64,000 bases of DNA from Vitrella brassicaformis CCMP3155 (lineage: Eukaryota > Protista > Chromerida): positions 112,911 to 176,910 of the forward strand of contig CDMY01000179.1 of assembly GCA_001179505.1 (NCBI GenBank), given 5' to 3'. A program made the position numbers and the translations under genes. Under the pieces are notes generated by a model, which did no database searches, was not told the DNA's origin, and saw only the letters and a program-made list of their open reading frames with translations. Shown one piece after another: positions 48,971 through 61,757 of the stretch (position 1 is its first letter; each line of letters opens with the position of its first letter).

Positions 48971-51710
48971 TCACTGCGTGCGGCGCTCCACGTGCAGTGA
49001 CAGGTCGTGGAAGAAGAGCCGATACTCTTGGGGTCTGAGCATGGGGCGGGCCGGCCGCGAGAGGAATCGCTGGTGACATGCGTCGAAGATGTCTCGGTCT
49101 ACAAAAGTGACTTTGGTCGTCTTGTGGCCCTGTAAGAAGACAGCCCAAGCAAAGTCAGACACACACGCCGTATCTCTGTGCACTCTCTAGTGACGTGTGT
49201 GAGTTGTGTTAGGGAAAGACCTTCAGCTCGGTGGACGAAGTGACCACTTCCATGAGGTTCGTGTAAAGCTCATCAACGTCGGCATCCTCATCCAAGTCAC
49301 CTACTCCCCCCACACATACACCACATGGACGGTGTCTGCCAGCGTGACACGCACCACCCATCTCTCACCAGGTCGAATGTCCATATGCACGGTTTCGACA
49401 CGGGGCATCTTGTCAAGGCGGCTCCACAGGAAGGGGCTCGCCCCATCCCAAAGCGTCCCACTGCCCTGCGTCAGGTCGGCCGCTAGGCGAGAGGACACCG
49501 TGCCCACGCTCCTCTCGCCCTCCCCCCTGCTGACCCACTCTGACTGCAGCCCCTCCAGAAAGCACCACACCTTCGACAGCGGCACAACATTTCTCGCTGC
49601 CACGATCGTTGTCAGGTTGGGCATATGTGAGGCCACCTCGATCGCCCGCTGCTTCTTGTCTTCGGTCGCAAGAACGCCACCATGCAGGAAGAGGGTGTGG
49701 GCGGCGGGGAATGTGTCGTCACTGATGGGTGCGGGGTGGGGCTCGTCATGTCCTTTATAGGTGACGGTGGTGGCCGTCTTGACGAGATGGGCCAGCACCT
49801 CCTGCACGTGAGGCTCGGTGGTACGGGAAAGGACCTCGATGTCGATCCGGCCGCCACCAAAGTCGATGACGGGCTCGGACAGGGCCGCTGGATTCGCTAT
49901 TGCGTCCCTAAGTGACCACGGAAACACGCACCACAGCACCACTTCGCTGGGCTCTCTGTTTTGCCCCCTTTGTGCCTCACCTCAGTGCCACAGCGCTCCT
50001 CAGCCCCTCCACTTCGTGAGCATCGTCACGAACCGACAAGATGTTGAGTCGGAGGCTGCGAAGTTGTCGACGAACACGCCTGGCCACCAGCGCCTCACGC
50101 AGCCTGTCGGTGTCCTCGGCACGCCCCAAGTCGAGGTGGAGGATGTGAAGGGAACTGAACGACCTCCCGGCGGGCAGCTCACTCACCGCACTGGCGACCA
50201 TCGCAGTGCCATCATAACCACTAATCAGCACCTCCAGCCTCTCGCAGCAGTCGGCCAGCCATGCCTTCACACAATTGCCGCTGGGGAACAATCCATAGTC
50301 GTGGCTGAATGCCTTGACATTCGGCGTCTGCCAGTTGCGGCCCACGCGAGCGGCCGCACACTCGTTGGGTATGTCCTTGACGGTCGTGAGTGCGGGGAGG
50401 CGGACGGGAGCGGAGGGGGCTGGCGGCAAATCAGATGAGGGCGGAGGGTTGGGGATGTCAATGCTGCGATCGAGACTGACACGCTCGAAGGTCAGCACCT
50501 CCAGTGTGCCCTCATCGTCCGACGACTCGTCACCACCGTCCACTGCTGCTGCAGCACCGCCTCCCTGCTGCCGTCTTTTCTCCTTGTCGGCCGCCAGTGC
50601 CGCTCGGCCGGCCGCATGACCCTCTACGACACTCACCCAGGTGCCCAGGCACCAGTTCGGCGCGTAGTCGGGGTGGCGGAGCTTGACCTGGCGAATGCGT
50701 GAGGCCCTCCCGCCCCACTGGTGTGCCACAGGGATGGGCATGGCCTCCCACATGCGCCTCGAGTGGTCGTCCTCGCAGTTGATGCTGATGTGGGTGTGAT
50801 TGGTGGCCGATTGGCGAAATAGGGCGGGCCCGAGGGCGTGGCGGATGGGTGTGAGGTGCCAGGGGGGCAGGCACCCGAAGACGATGGCGAGGGTATCGCG
50901 GAAGAGCTGATGACGAGCCTATAGAGTGGCAGACAGACAGCGAGAAGACGCACAGGTGGTAGTTTGATATGCGAGACTCATCGTTTGTGACTCCTACCGG
51001 TTTCTCATCGACGGGCGGAGGCTGGCCGCTGCAGTGGATCTGACGGTACGGTCGTCTGGTGGCTACGGACACCTGCAGTGCCACAGTGACGTACAGCACA
51101 CATACAAATGTCAAAGTCGTTCATGGTGAGGATGTATTGGTCTGCCCCTCACCTGCTGTGCGTTGGTGTCCTCACTCGCCGCCGCCGCCGCCTCACTGGT
51201 CGGTGTGAGTGCCGCCACGGCCGTGGCGAGGCTGGGATGCCCCTCCTGCAGCTGGGCAGTGGCCAGCCGCACCACAGATGCCATCGAGCCCAGCTGATGA
51301 CTCAACAGCAATGCCGATGGGGAAGCCGCCTACGTGGTGACACACACACGACAGCCGACAAGAGCGATTCCAAGGGCGTCGGCGTCCGAACTGCTTCTAC
51401 ACGTGGCCACGTGTGTGTCACTTACCTGTGTGGCGATGTGGTCCTGGTGCTGCTCGACGTGTGACACCTGTGCGATGATCTGCAGAAGCCATCCGGGAAA
51501 CACACAGCGCGCCGCGCCTGCTTCACTGATGAAGGCCTTCGTGTGATGGGTGTGTGAGAGCATCGTACCTGATCTAACTGGTCCCGCAGCTGTCCACAGC
51601 CCGCCTTCAAAGACTGGGCATTCGCGACAAGCTGCGCCAAAGACACATACACATCGGAGGGATGAGTTCTGTCCAGGTCCTTCCTGACATGTGCTGCTCG
51701 TCATTCACCG
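48971..51710 (-). CDS. Hypothetical protein with an F-box-like segment, probably a lineage-expanded family; 5' end uncertain
   Basis: Multi-exon model: LFRDTLAIVFGCLPPWHLTPIRHALGPALFRQSA..MWEAMPIPVAHQWGGRA..VVEGHAAGR; ends DLSLHVERRTQ* at 48971. Confidence 0.6.
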
Positions 51711-52165
51711 ACCTGCGTCAAATCCATGACGATGTGCTAAACCAACTCACTCGCTGGCTCCCTCGGGCCACTCTCACATACCAACAGCCGTGAACCCACT
51801 GCAGATGAGCCGTGAACCCCCTGACGTAGCCGCTTCTCAACGCTCCGTCAGGTGCAGGCTCAGATCTGCAGCACACACGATCAACACAGCAGCCACAAAC
51901 AGACACCATCCAGCCATTCATCCATTCCATCCTTCCCTCCCGCCCCTCGTGCAGTGAGTGACCAGTGAGTGCGTCAGTCATCATCTCACCCGACAATGTC
52001 GATGGTCGCCAGCTGTGGCCTCCCTCACAGTGGTAGAGGCGATGGGAGCGGAGCGATGAGAAGGTCGAAACACCGTCAAAACAGAGGCCAATCGCCGGTT
52101 GACTCATCCATGCGGACACGCCAGCCACTATATGGCTCACAGGCTCAAAATAAGCGAAAACCGCG

Positions 52166-52173
52166 TGCGAGCT
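52166..52173 (-). promoter_or_regulatory. TGCGAGCT core upstream of DXR (divergent interval)
   Basis: Seen directly, about 50 nt upstream of the DXR ATG. Confidence 0.45.
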
Positions 52174-52216
52174 CTGAGTTCCGAACGCCGTCAATCTATC
52201 CCATCATCCTTTCAGC

Positions 52217-53731
52217 ATGTCGGCGATGCATACGGGACCGATCCCCACGCTGATCTTTCTGTCCTGGCTGCTGTTTTTGACATTTGATGATCATGCCGTC
52301 AAAGGCGTCGCTGCATTCACCTCTGTGCCCCACCAGCGGTCCCTCAGACCCGCCCTCTTGTCCACGAGAAGACGCCCTATCGCCTCGTCCCTCACGCGAA
52401 TGGCGCACGCAGCTCCCACCGGCTCAGAGGAATCGATGAAGGCCACCTTCGATGAGGCTACCAATGGCGTGGAGTCGTTCAAAAGGCGCATATCGCTGCT
52501 GGGGTCGACGGGATCCATTGGCACACAGACGCTGGACATCATTCGCGAGCGGCCGCAGAACTTCGAGCTTGTTGGCCTGGCTGCCAGGTCCAATGTGGAG
52601 CTGCTGGCTGAGCAAATCAGGGAGTTCCGGCCAGCGATGGTGGCTCTGGAGGACGGGAGCAAGCTTGGCGCACTGGAGGCGCTGCTGGAGGGGATGGAGG
52701 GCGACAGGCCAACACTGGTGACAGGAATGGATGGCGTCTGTGAGGTGGCCAAGATGGACCAGGCGGACATGGTGGTCACGGGCATCGTGGGCTGCGCCGG
52801 GCTGCTGCCGACCATTGCGGCTATCGAGAACGGCAAGGACGTCGCGCTGGCCAACAAGGAGACCCTCATTGCGGCCGGGCCGGTGATTGTGCCTCTGCTG
52901 AAAAAGCACGGCGTCTTCATGACTCCCGCCGACTCAGAGCACTCGGCGATATTCCAGTGCCTGCAGGGGGTGCCGCCAGGAGGGCTGCGCAAGATCATCC
53001 TGACGGCGTCTGGCGGGGCCTTTCGCGACTGGCGCAAGGAAGACCTGGTCAACGTGCGTGTGGAGGACGCATTGAAGCACCCCAACTGGGCGATGGGTGC
53101 CAAGATCACGATCGACTCGGCCACTCTGATGAACAAGGGTCTGGAGGTGATCGAGGCGCACTACCTGTTCGGTGCGTCGTACGACGACATCGAGGTGGTC
53201 ATCCATCCCCAGTCCATCATCCACTCGATGGTCGAGACCCAAGACACCTCAGTCCTCGCGCAGCTCGGCTGGCCAGACATGCGCCTGCCCCTCGTCTACG
53301 CCATGAGCTGGCCCCACAGGATACCCATGCACGCCTACGAGCGGCTCGACCTCGTCAAACTAGGCAGCCTGACATTCAAGGCCCCCGACTTCGACAAGTA
53401 CCCCTGTCTGCGGCTGGCGTACGAGGCAGGCAGAATGGGCGGCACCATGCCGGCGGCTCTCAACGCGGCCAACGAGATGGCGGTCGAGCGGTTCAGGCAG
53501 GGGGAGATCCATTATCTGGAGATCCCGAAGCTGATAGAGTTTGTCATGGATGCGCACAGGGGGGATCACAAGACCGAGGGCATCACGCTCGACGACATTC
53601 TGGCCGTTGACGCGTGGGCGAGGGAGAAGGGGAGAGAGTACGTCCACGTGCCACAGAAGCAAGAGCAGCAGCAGCAGCAGGAGAGGGAGGGTTTAGTTGG
53701 CAAGGCAGACGAGAGTCTGACGCTGACGTGA
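52217..53731 (+). CDS. dxr: 1-deoxy-D-xylulose 5-phosphate reductoisomerase, plastid-targeted, intronless
   Basis: [79 protein letters not shown]-terminal signal peptide plus VAAF and a basic transit peptide. Confidence 0.97.
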   Translation: MSAMHTGPIPTLIFLSWLLFLTFDDHAVKGVAAFTSVPHQRSLRPALLSTRRRPIASSLTRMAHAAPTGSEESMKATFDEATNGVESFKRRISLLGSTGSIGTQTLDIIRERPQNFELVGLAARSNVELLAEQIREFRPAMVALEDGSKLGALEALLEGMEGDRPTLVTGMDGVCEVAKMDQADMVVTGIVGCAGLLPTIAAIENGKDVALANKETLIAAGPVIVPLLKKHGVFMTPADSEHSAIFQCLQGVPPGGLRKIILTASGGAFRDWRKEDLVNVRVEDALKHPNWAMGAKITIDSATLMNKGLEVIEAHYLFGASYDDIEVVIHPQSIIHSMVETQDTSVLAQLGWPDMRLPLVYAMSWPHRIPMHAYERLDLVKLGSLTFKAPDFDKYPCLRLAYEAGRMGGTMPAALNAANEMAVERFRQGEIHYLEIPKLIEFVMDAHRGDHKTEGITLDDILAVDAWAREKGREYVHVPQKQEQQQQQEREGLVGKADESLTLT

Positions 53732-53966
53732 CAGTTGCTGACGAGAGACCATTTGAGATGTCCTCGATGCGACGCGATGCGACTGTGATAGGCTTTTGAT
53801 ATTGTTGACTGACGTCTTTGTTGCATTCAGTGACAAAGGACTGATGAGTCGTCAACTACGCCTGAAATGAATCCTCCTCACTCCTTTGTGACTCATGCGT
53901 CTCTACACATCCCACACACGACATCCCATCACGTTGAGGGGACAAATTCGCTGACACACAAGTAAG

Positions 53967-54414
53967 TCCCTCCCTCCCTCCCTCCCTCCCTCCCTCCCTC
54001 CCTCCCTCCCTCCCTCCCTCCCTCCCTCCCTCCCTCCCTCCCTCCCTCCCTCCCTCCCTCCCTCCCTCCCTCCCTCCCTCCCNNNNNNNNNNNNNNNNNN
54101 NNNNNNNNNNNNNNNNNNNNNNNNNNNNNNNNNNNNNNNNNNNNNNNNNNNNNNNNNNNNNNNNNNNNNNNNNNNNNNNNNNNNNNNNNNNNNNNNNNNN
54201 NNNNNNNNNNNNNNNNNNNNNNNNNNNNNNNNNNNNNNNNNNNNNNNNNNNNNNNNNNNNNNNNNNNNNNNNNNNNNNNNNNNNNNNNNNNNNNNNNNNN
54301 NNNNNNNNNNNNNNNNNNNNNNNNNNNNNNNNNNNNNNNNNNNNNNNNNNNNNNNNNNNNNNNNNNNNNNNNNNNNNNNNNNCCTCCCTCCCTCCCTCCC
54401 TCCCTCCCTCCCTC
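53967..54414. repeat. (CCCT)n/(AGGG)n microsatellite spanning an assembly gap (N 54083-54382)
   Basis: Pure CCCT repeats on both sides of 300 Ns. Confidence 0.95.
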
Positions 54415-54889
54415 GCACATATCAACCAACACAAACACCCCGGCCTTGACGCATCGCTTCCCGGATGGGTACAGTCTGTCTCTTCCGGCAGCCACACATT
54501 CCACAAACGACACGGAACAGCACGAGGAACGGAAGGACGCATCCGTGTCGCTCTTAACACAAACAACACACATAGGCAGACCCACCGAGGCGCACACACC
54601 AGCCAGAGTCACGTATACGCGCACACAACAAAACAAGGCCACTCTACGGATGACCACTAGCAGGAGGGAGGACGGGCCGCCGGTGTGGTGGGTTCACGTT
54701 GACGTCGTCTACTGACGGATTGATACCAATCTCTTTTTTCCTCTTTCTTCCTTCCGAAATGGATCTTAGCCGGCCAAGGCTCGCTGGGGGGCTGCATGCA
54801 CGAGCCTAGCCAGTCTCAACCCCCAAGTTGATGAGACGGCTGACGAAAGTCTGCCTCCAGCGGACGCTCCAGTGGTGCTGAGCGGTGTC

Positions 54890-56427
54890 ATGGATTCCAC
54901 CTCGCCACCAGCCCCCCTGGAAATGTTGAAGTATCCGCAAGTCGGGTCTGCCTTCGAGTGCCGTGTCGAGACACCAGCCAGCACTTCCAATCCCTCTGCC
55001 ACCAACAAGAGTCTCACCCTGGTGATTCGGCGACCACTCAAGGAGGGGGCAGACGGCTGCGTGTACGACGTGGAAGCAAAGGGGAGGCCCGAGAGGTTTG
55101 TCAGCAAATCGGCACACGAAGCCGCCTATGACGACGAAATCGCCAAGGAGCACCAAGTCGTGTCGGCGGTGTATGACAAGTGCCAGCGGGAGGGGAGGCT
55201 GTCATGCGTGCCGACGCCTATCGGCTGCCCGGAAGTCGACACAGCCACGGGCAAGAGAAATGTCCTGGTGCTGGCCAAGCTCCAATGCACACTCGCCGAC
55301 CTCATGGACGAGTACAAGAGACTCGCCGGCAACGCCCTGCTGCCCACTGTGGCAGTCCTGGAGATCCTCGCCTCATCCGTGAGTGCATGTGGGGGGATGT
55401 GTGCGTGCATCTATTCGATCATTGTGTGGTGTGCTCATATGCGCTGCACATACATGCAGATTGAAGCCCTCGAGAGTTGCCACTCTGCCAAGGTCATTCA
55501 CCGAGACATCAACCTGACGAACGTCATGTTTCCGGGACGGTGGGGAGGGCGGCTGCGGGCCATGTTAATCGACATGACGAGATCGCTGCTGTTCCACGTC
55601 GATGACGACCAGAAGCGGGCGAAGTGGGTCGGCCGTGGGAAAAGCATGGTCAGCACATTTGCTTACGCGAGCAAATGGAGCCTCCGCGGCTATCAGCAGG
55701 GCCCACGGTGAGCAAAACAAGAAAGTGACACACATGAGCCATGCACCAACAGCACCGTTTATCGAATGTCTCATCTATCTCTCATCATTCAGGGACGATA
55801 TCATGGCGGTCGTCAGGTGCCTGTTGAGTTGTCTGCACCCCACTCTGACACTCGCGAGAGTGTCATCGAGCGCGGACGAGCTCACCGGCGCATACGAAGC
55901 CCACTGCGACACGGATTGTGACCATCCGGAGGTGATTCAGGCGGCAGAGAAGCTCATCGCGTCCCGTGCGACCACCGACGAGCGGTGGATCTCCTTCATC
56001 GTCAGTCCGCTGCCAAGTGAGTCTGCTGCACGCCGCTTTGCCAGCAGAAGAAAAGAGTGCAGTGATTGCATTCTTTGTTCCTGCTGTGTGTGGTTGTGTG
56101 TCTGTTGTCTGTGATCATTTCTCTCTGCAGCGAGCATACGGGCAAATGTGCGTGATAGTCTGCTCCGTCTGGTCAGCAAGGTGGAGGACTTCCCGTTTGG
56201 CCGGCTGGATGGCGGCGTGTACCAAGAGCTCAAGAGAGACATCGCAAGCATCGAGTCTACGTAGGCAACCAGGAGGCAGGGACAGAGAATCAGGCACACA
56301 CACTTGCACTCATAGACTATACCTCTGTCTGTATGTGCCCGTCTTCAGCATTGCGTCGTGCTCCGAGGACACATACCACAAGGAGTCTCTCGAGACGGCG
56401 TTCAAGAGAGCGGTGCGCACAGACTAG
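54890..56427 (+). CDS. Divergent CK1-group-like protein kinase
   Basis: LKEGADGCVY (Gly loop), FVSK, KVIHRDINLTN, MLIDMT, STFAYASKWSLRGYQQGPRDD (resembles CK1 GT..YAS...G.EQ..RDD); five exons. Confidence 0.75.
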
Positions 56428-56430
56428 TTA

Positions 56431-58866
56431 GTGTCCATAAACGCAGGCAGAACCCATCCATCCCTTGCTCTGCTTGCGCACTCACAGGGATTTGATGTGC
56501 CAGTGCCTCCCCAGCAGCAGCAGCAAGGTGCCCGCCTGTTTCCCACCATGTCGGCCCTCCGTCCCCCTCCCCCACCCCCACAGCCNNNNNNNNNNNNNNN
56601 NNNNNNNNNNNNNNNNNNNNNNNNNNNNNNNNNNNNNNNNNNNNNNNNNNNNNNNNNNNNNNNNNNNNNNNNNNNNNNNNNNNNNNNNNNNNNNNNNNNN
56701 NNNNNNNNNNNNNNNNNNNNNNNNNNNNNNNNNNNNNNNNNNNNNNNNNNNNNNNNNNNNNNNNNNNNNNNNNNNNNNNNNNNNNNNNNNNNNNNNNNNN
56801 NNNNNNNNNNNNNNNNNNNNNNNNNNNNNNNNNNNNNNNNNNNNNNNNNNNNNNNNNNNNNNNNNNNNNNNNNNNNNNNNNNNNNCCACCCCCACCGAAA
56901 ACCGACAGCGGCATGAATGTGCGGGAGCTCTGTGCAGCCAAGGTCAGCCTGGCTCAATCAACGAATGGTAGATGAGGGGGCTGAATTGTGTATGTATGTG
57001 TCTGGTGTTGGCGGGTGAATGGACGTGTCTCTGCAGGTTGTCGACGATGAGGAGAAAGGCGGGCCGTACCGGTGGAGGAAGGTCGATCCTAGCAGGATAC
57101 TCTCCTACACGGGGTGCGAGAATGCCCTCCAGTCCGAGTACAGCATGCCGCCACCCCCACTCCTCCCGCCGCCGCCTCCCCCGCCCCCCGCGTGTCAACG
57201 TCTGTACAACTCGCACATGTCTGAAGAAGAGGTGAGTGAGGTCAATCCACCCGGGCCCCACTGAAATACATAGATAGAAGGGCCGGCAAGAATGAATGGC
57301 GTGCGTGTCTCCGTGTGTATGTCTCCCTTTCTGCAGGAGTCAGCGTTGGTCGATTTGATATTCCATACAGGGCAGGGCGTCCAGATCAAGGAACACAACA
57401 GCGTAAGTCAATACGCTGCTTCGTAGCTCATGCATCTTCTCAGTCATTGGCTGACTGTTATTTCTTTCATCCCATCAGATCTTCGCCAGAGACGCTGACG
57501 GCAATCGCATTCCTAAGCTGCCGTCGTCGCCAGCCGGCCACAAACATCTCCCCATCAACCCACCCGCACCTCCTGCGCAACGCCTGCTGAGCCTCAGTGG
57601 CTGGCGGAGCTCAAGGCCCGCGCAAAGGCTGCCAAGGCCGCCAAAAACGGGAAGCCGGCGCCGTTCAAACTTGCGCCATTCTCGGGCGCCGTGCCCATCT
57701 CCAATCCCACCGCCCTCCCCATACAGCCCCAGCCCAACAAGGTGTTCAAGAAGAAGCCCACAGGAAGCAGCCACAGCGGGAAGGGGCAGCCGTCGGTCCA
57801 GGGCAAGGGCAAGAACGAGGTGGTGGGAGGGAAGCAGACGAAGAAGGCCATCGCAAAGAAGACACTCGCAGGAGCCAGCCATGGCGGCGGGGAGGCGCAG
57901 CCATTGGTCAAGAGGAAGGCCGCCAAGGCCAAGGCAGGGGACACGAAGGAGGCCATCGCAGAGAAGAGAGTTACAGCCACGGTACGAAAGAAAGAGGATG
58001 AATGGATGACAGGATGACAGAGCCACGACAAGGACCATGGCGAGCTCTGTGTGTGTGTGTGTCTGTGCAGGCTACCGTTTGTGAGGTCAAGGGCAAGACG
58101 AAGGTGCAGGCCATGCGGGCCAAGGCCAAGGCCAAGGCCAAGAGTGGCGCCGGTAGGTTGATGCGACGACACTGGACGAATGACACGCCCACACAATTCT
58201 GACTACTCGGCGTGTTTGTTATTGTAGGTCGGGCTGCCAAGCCTAATGGCAAGGCTAAGGCCATAGTACCTGCCTCCGAAGCCAAAGGTATGTTACCAAA
58301 GATACACGTGACAGACAGACACATCAGTCCATCACTGTGTCTCCCATGTGCCCTGTTCAGTCAACGGCGGCAAGGAGGTCAAAAAGACAATCCAAAAGAA
58401 GACGCCCACCCCGGCACAGAGCCGCAAGGCCACCAGTGTGCCCAAGAACGCCGCATCCCCAGCTTCCCCAGCAGCGGTAGGCCCTCTCCAGGCCCCCAGT
58501 GTGCCCAAGAAACCACGCACCAAGACGAACAAGGGCGGCGGCAGGAAGAAGGGCAAGCCGCCGCCGCCGCCGCCGCAGCAGCAGCAGCAGCTGGCGAACG
58601 CGGGGCAGGTGACGAAGCCGATCACCAAGCAGCCCAAGAAGAAGGCCAACCCACCCAAGAAGCCCAGCAAGGGCGCCAAGGCCAAGCCAGCCCCGCCCCC
58701 GCCCTCCGCCTCGGCACCACCCCAGCCACAGCAGACGGGCAAGAAGAGGAAGGCGGGAACACAGCCGCACGAGGAGGACGACAGAGGAGGCAAGGCGGTG
58801 AAAGAGGGGGTCATGACGCGCGCAATGTGCCGGCGTCAGGCCGCCTCCTCTTCCAGCCCGCAGTGA
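56431..58866 (+). CDS. Pro-rich then Lys/Ala/Pro-rich basic protein (histone H1-like composition); 5' part interrupted by a gap
   Basis: Exons after the gap encode VVDDEEKGGPYRWRKVDP and ESALVDLIFHTG, then KKKPTG..KRKAAKAKA..KKPSKGAKAKP. One apparent frame change near 57580. Confidence 0.5.
56586..56885. other. Assembly gap (300 N) inside a poly-Pro-coding C-rich tract
   Basis: Run of Ns flanked by CCACCCCCA-type sequence. Confidence 1.
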
Positions 58867-60061
58867 GGGGGGGCTGGACCGGCTGGTCTCTCAAGGGGCG
58901 CGTGTGCGGCCAATATATAGCCTTTAAGCTGTGGTCGCCGCGTGACCCTGGGATGTGCCACCCTTGGCTCGGGCGAATGAGTGTGTCTGGGTGTGAAGGT
59001 TTGTCTTGTCTGTCTGTCTGGTTGGCGTTTGTTCTTTTTGGGCGGTGAGAAGAGAGTCTCCAGGGCGTACTGCTGTCTGTCTCTGCAGTCAGTAAAATGC
59101 CCGGGGTGTGAGAGAGGGAGGCGGCAGCAAGCCGTTTTGGCAGTTAACACACAAAAGACAGATAGATAAATGGGGGGTACTTCTAGCTAGCTCTTAGCAT
59201 GAAGGGCTCCCCGTTCTCTCACTCACTGAGGAGGAGGAAGAATGTCTCTCTGACTCACTGACTGCAGGCCTTTTGTGTCTGCATGCCCGTTGTCTGGCTG
59301 GCTGTCGGGCTGTCCGTTTTCCCGGCGTGTGTGCTGATTGGAGGAGCGTTAGTTGTGGCTGGCTGGTTGGCTGTATATATCGCTGGTTTTGTTTTTGACG
59401 GCGATGAACTTCCAGCGGAGAGAGATACATAAATGGGCGGAGAGACAGAGAGATAGAGCGAAACGTAGCTGCAGTTAACGGATGTGATATGGATGGATAC
59501 GAACGCGACTGATAGACCAACGCATATATCTTACTCTCTTCTTTCTTTCTTTCTTTCTTTCTGTGTGTGTGTGTGTGTGATGGGAAGACGCGGTAAGTAC
59601 CATGTGATGGAACAAAAAGTGCTCTAGCTGCAGTCTGAGCGTCCCAATAATTTGTCCACACACGCCCAGTGAGTGCACCCAGTCAGTCAGTCAGCACAAA
59701 ATGCATCCAATGCAGGCATGCCATCTATTATTCACACCCATCATCAGATCAACAGATCAACAACACGAAGCGACGTCATGCTATCTGACAGTTCTGCATG
59801 CGCCGCGCCTTGCTATGTATGATCATCACCTGTCGTCATGACAACAGACACACGCAATGCAGGTCGACACGTTGATGAGGGCGATGGATGGCCATCTGAG
59901 TGGCTGTCCCATTGTATTCCCCTGCAATGCGTACCTTCGCTGCCCACTGGGCTGCCGTCGTCCATATCGCCATCGCCATTGTCACTGCTGCCGTCTACAT
60001 CACTCAGACAGAGACACACAGACAAGACACCCCATACACGTGTTCCCTCCCCTCTGGTCAG

Positions 60062-61575
60062 TCAGAGCGTACCATTGTCACCATCGTCACTGTCGTCATC
60101 GTCGCTGTCATCGTCGCTGTCGTCTATCCAGTCAAAGACGATGGGCGCCACCGCATCGCCCAGCGCCTCCCGCGCCAGCGCGGCGGTCGCGGGGGAGGCG
60201 TACTTGAACACACACCGTGGCCCCCATGGGCACACACAGTGCTGCTGAGACGTGCAGGGGAAGGGGCGGCCGCTGATATCCACGCGTGGCTCGGTGGTGA
60301 AGATGTCCATTCCAAACACTGCAGAGAGGAGAATAAGACAGAGAAAGCACATTTGCCTGTCCATCTCTTCGGCTTTATCCTATGTCATCGCGGCTGACTT
60401 GGTTCGTCCCGAATGCCGTCCGAAGGTTGCAGTAGCACGAGCATTATTTCCGCCACGAAGGGGTGGCTGCTGTCCGTGAGCACCAGCCTTCGCCCCATAG
60501 AGCCACGTATATCGGCGCACATGGTCGTCGAGCACCCTATAGCTGGTGTGTGAGGCGACCCGGTCATCAGGGCAGTCAGACGGCCACCGCCTTCGCCACG
60601 CCTGCGCCAACCAACGACACGTACATCGAGTACGTGTGTCCTCCAGAGTGACTGATGTGTTCCGTGCATCATACCTATGTCAGCATCAGACATCGCCCTG
60701 TTGACGTCATTTGGTGTCGATAGGAAATTGCCAATCTCCCGCTCCTCATCCGGACGACTCAGATCGTGGTAGTTAAGGATTTTGTCTTTGGCGAGCTGCG
60801 ACACAGACGCGTGACTGATCTCAATATCATCATCCTCCGCTTCCCATCCTTCAGGAGGAAGGAAACAGTGAATGCGGCTGCTGGCTGGCGGGTCGTGGTC
60901 CTGTCGGTGGCGTCGATACAGGTGGTCGGCAGGCAGGCCTAGTGGGTCAAGCGTCAGCTCGAAGCCAGGCTCGTCCTTGAGGGCCCGCAGCATGTCGCCA
61001 TGCTGAAACAGCTGGAACGTCACGCCGTCGCCGAAGTTGGTGTGGCGGCCGACCATCTTGAGCTGAGCAATCACACGGGAACCGACACATACGCCTAAAC
61101 AGACACACACACACACACACAGACATAGAGAGAAGGGTGGGGCACGCCAGAAGTGCGCCTTACGGACCGTTTTGTTGGCGTGTGTGTTGATGTCTTCGGC
61201 AGTCAGCACAACGGGCAGCGTGCAGGCTCCGCAGTGGTCGGCCAGCCGCAGCACGTCGCCAGTGCCATCGTTCCACTGCCCTCCCTCCTCAGCTATCCAC
61301 AGGGCCGCCACCACAGTACCCCCGCACAGCGACTCGTTAAACTGCACCAGCTGAGTGTCGATGCCGCTGCGGGCGATCGAGGTGTGGAGTCGGCTTCGCA
61401 GCTGTGCAGACGACAAGGCCTCTGAGAAGCATCGCGCGGTGGCCCTCAGCTGCAGGATGGTGCTGAGGTCGAGCAGACAGGACTGGTCGTCGCCGACAAA
61501 GAGATGGGTGAGGGGGTGCTGCGGGTGGCCGGCTCTGGCTGATCGGACTCGGAGGAGCGTCGCCGCCAGCACCAT
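60062..61575 (-). CDS. Hypothetical protein, probably a lineage-expanded family, with an acidic C-terminus
   Basis: LDLSTILQLRAT..VAALWIAEEGGQW..RVIAQLKMVGRHTNFGDGVTFQLF..DHDPPASSRI..DSSHPFVA..DIFTTEP..ALAREALG; ends in a D/S-rich tail. Splice details at the 3' end are uncertain. Confidence 0.6.
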
Positions 61576-61757
61576 GACGCCACACGACAGCAGATGCGCC
61601 ACAACCACTGTGACACCACCAGCATCAGCCGACACACAACCGAGTGACAGCCCGCGAAGGCACGTACACACGAAAAACCAACGCAGCTTCGTCCCTGCGA
61701 CACACGACACACGACCTTCGTCCTCTGTCGTTTTGTCCCGTCGTTTGTGTTTACACG

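Noticed and set aside
52291-53136. Long antisense and alternative-frame ORFs over DXR and other genes
   Set aside because: Expected shadow ORFs from strong GC3 bias; no protein motifs.
53856-54657. ORFs containing GGRE repeats and X runs
   Set aside because: Artefacts of translating the (GGGA)n repeat and the N gap.
54759-54889. Upstream ATG at 54759 that would extend the kinase if the G6 run were G7
   Set aside because: Equally explained by a splice acceptor at 54767-54769 or a start at 54890; cannot be tested without reads.
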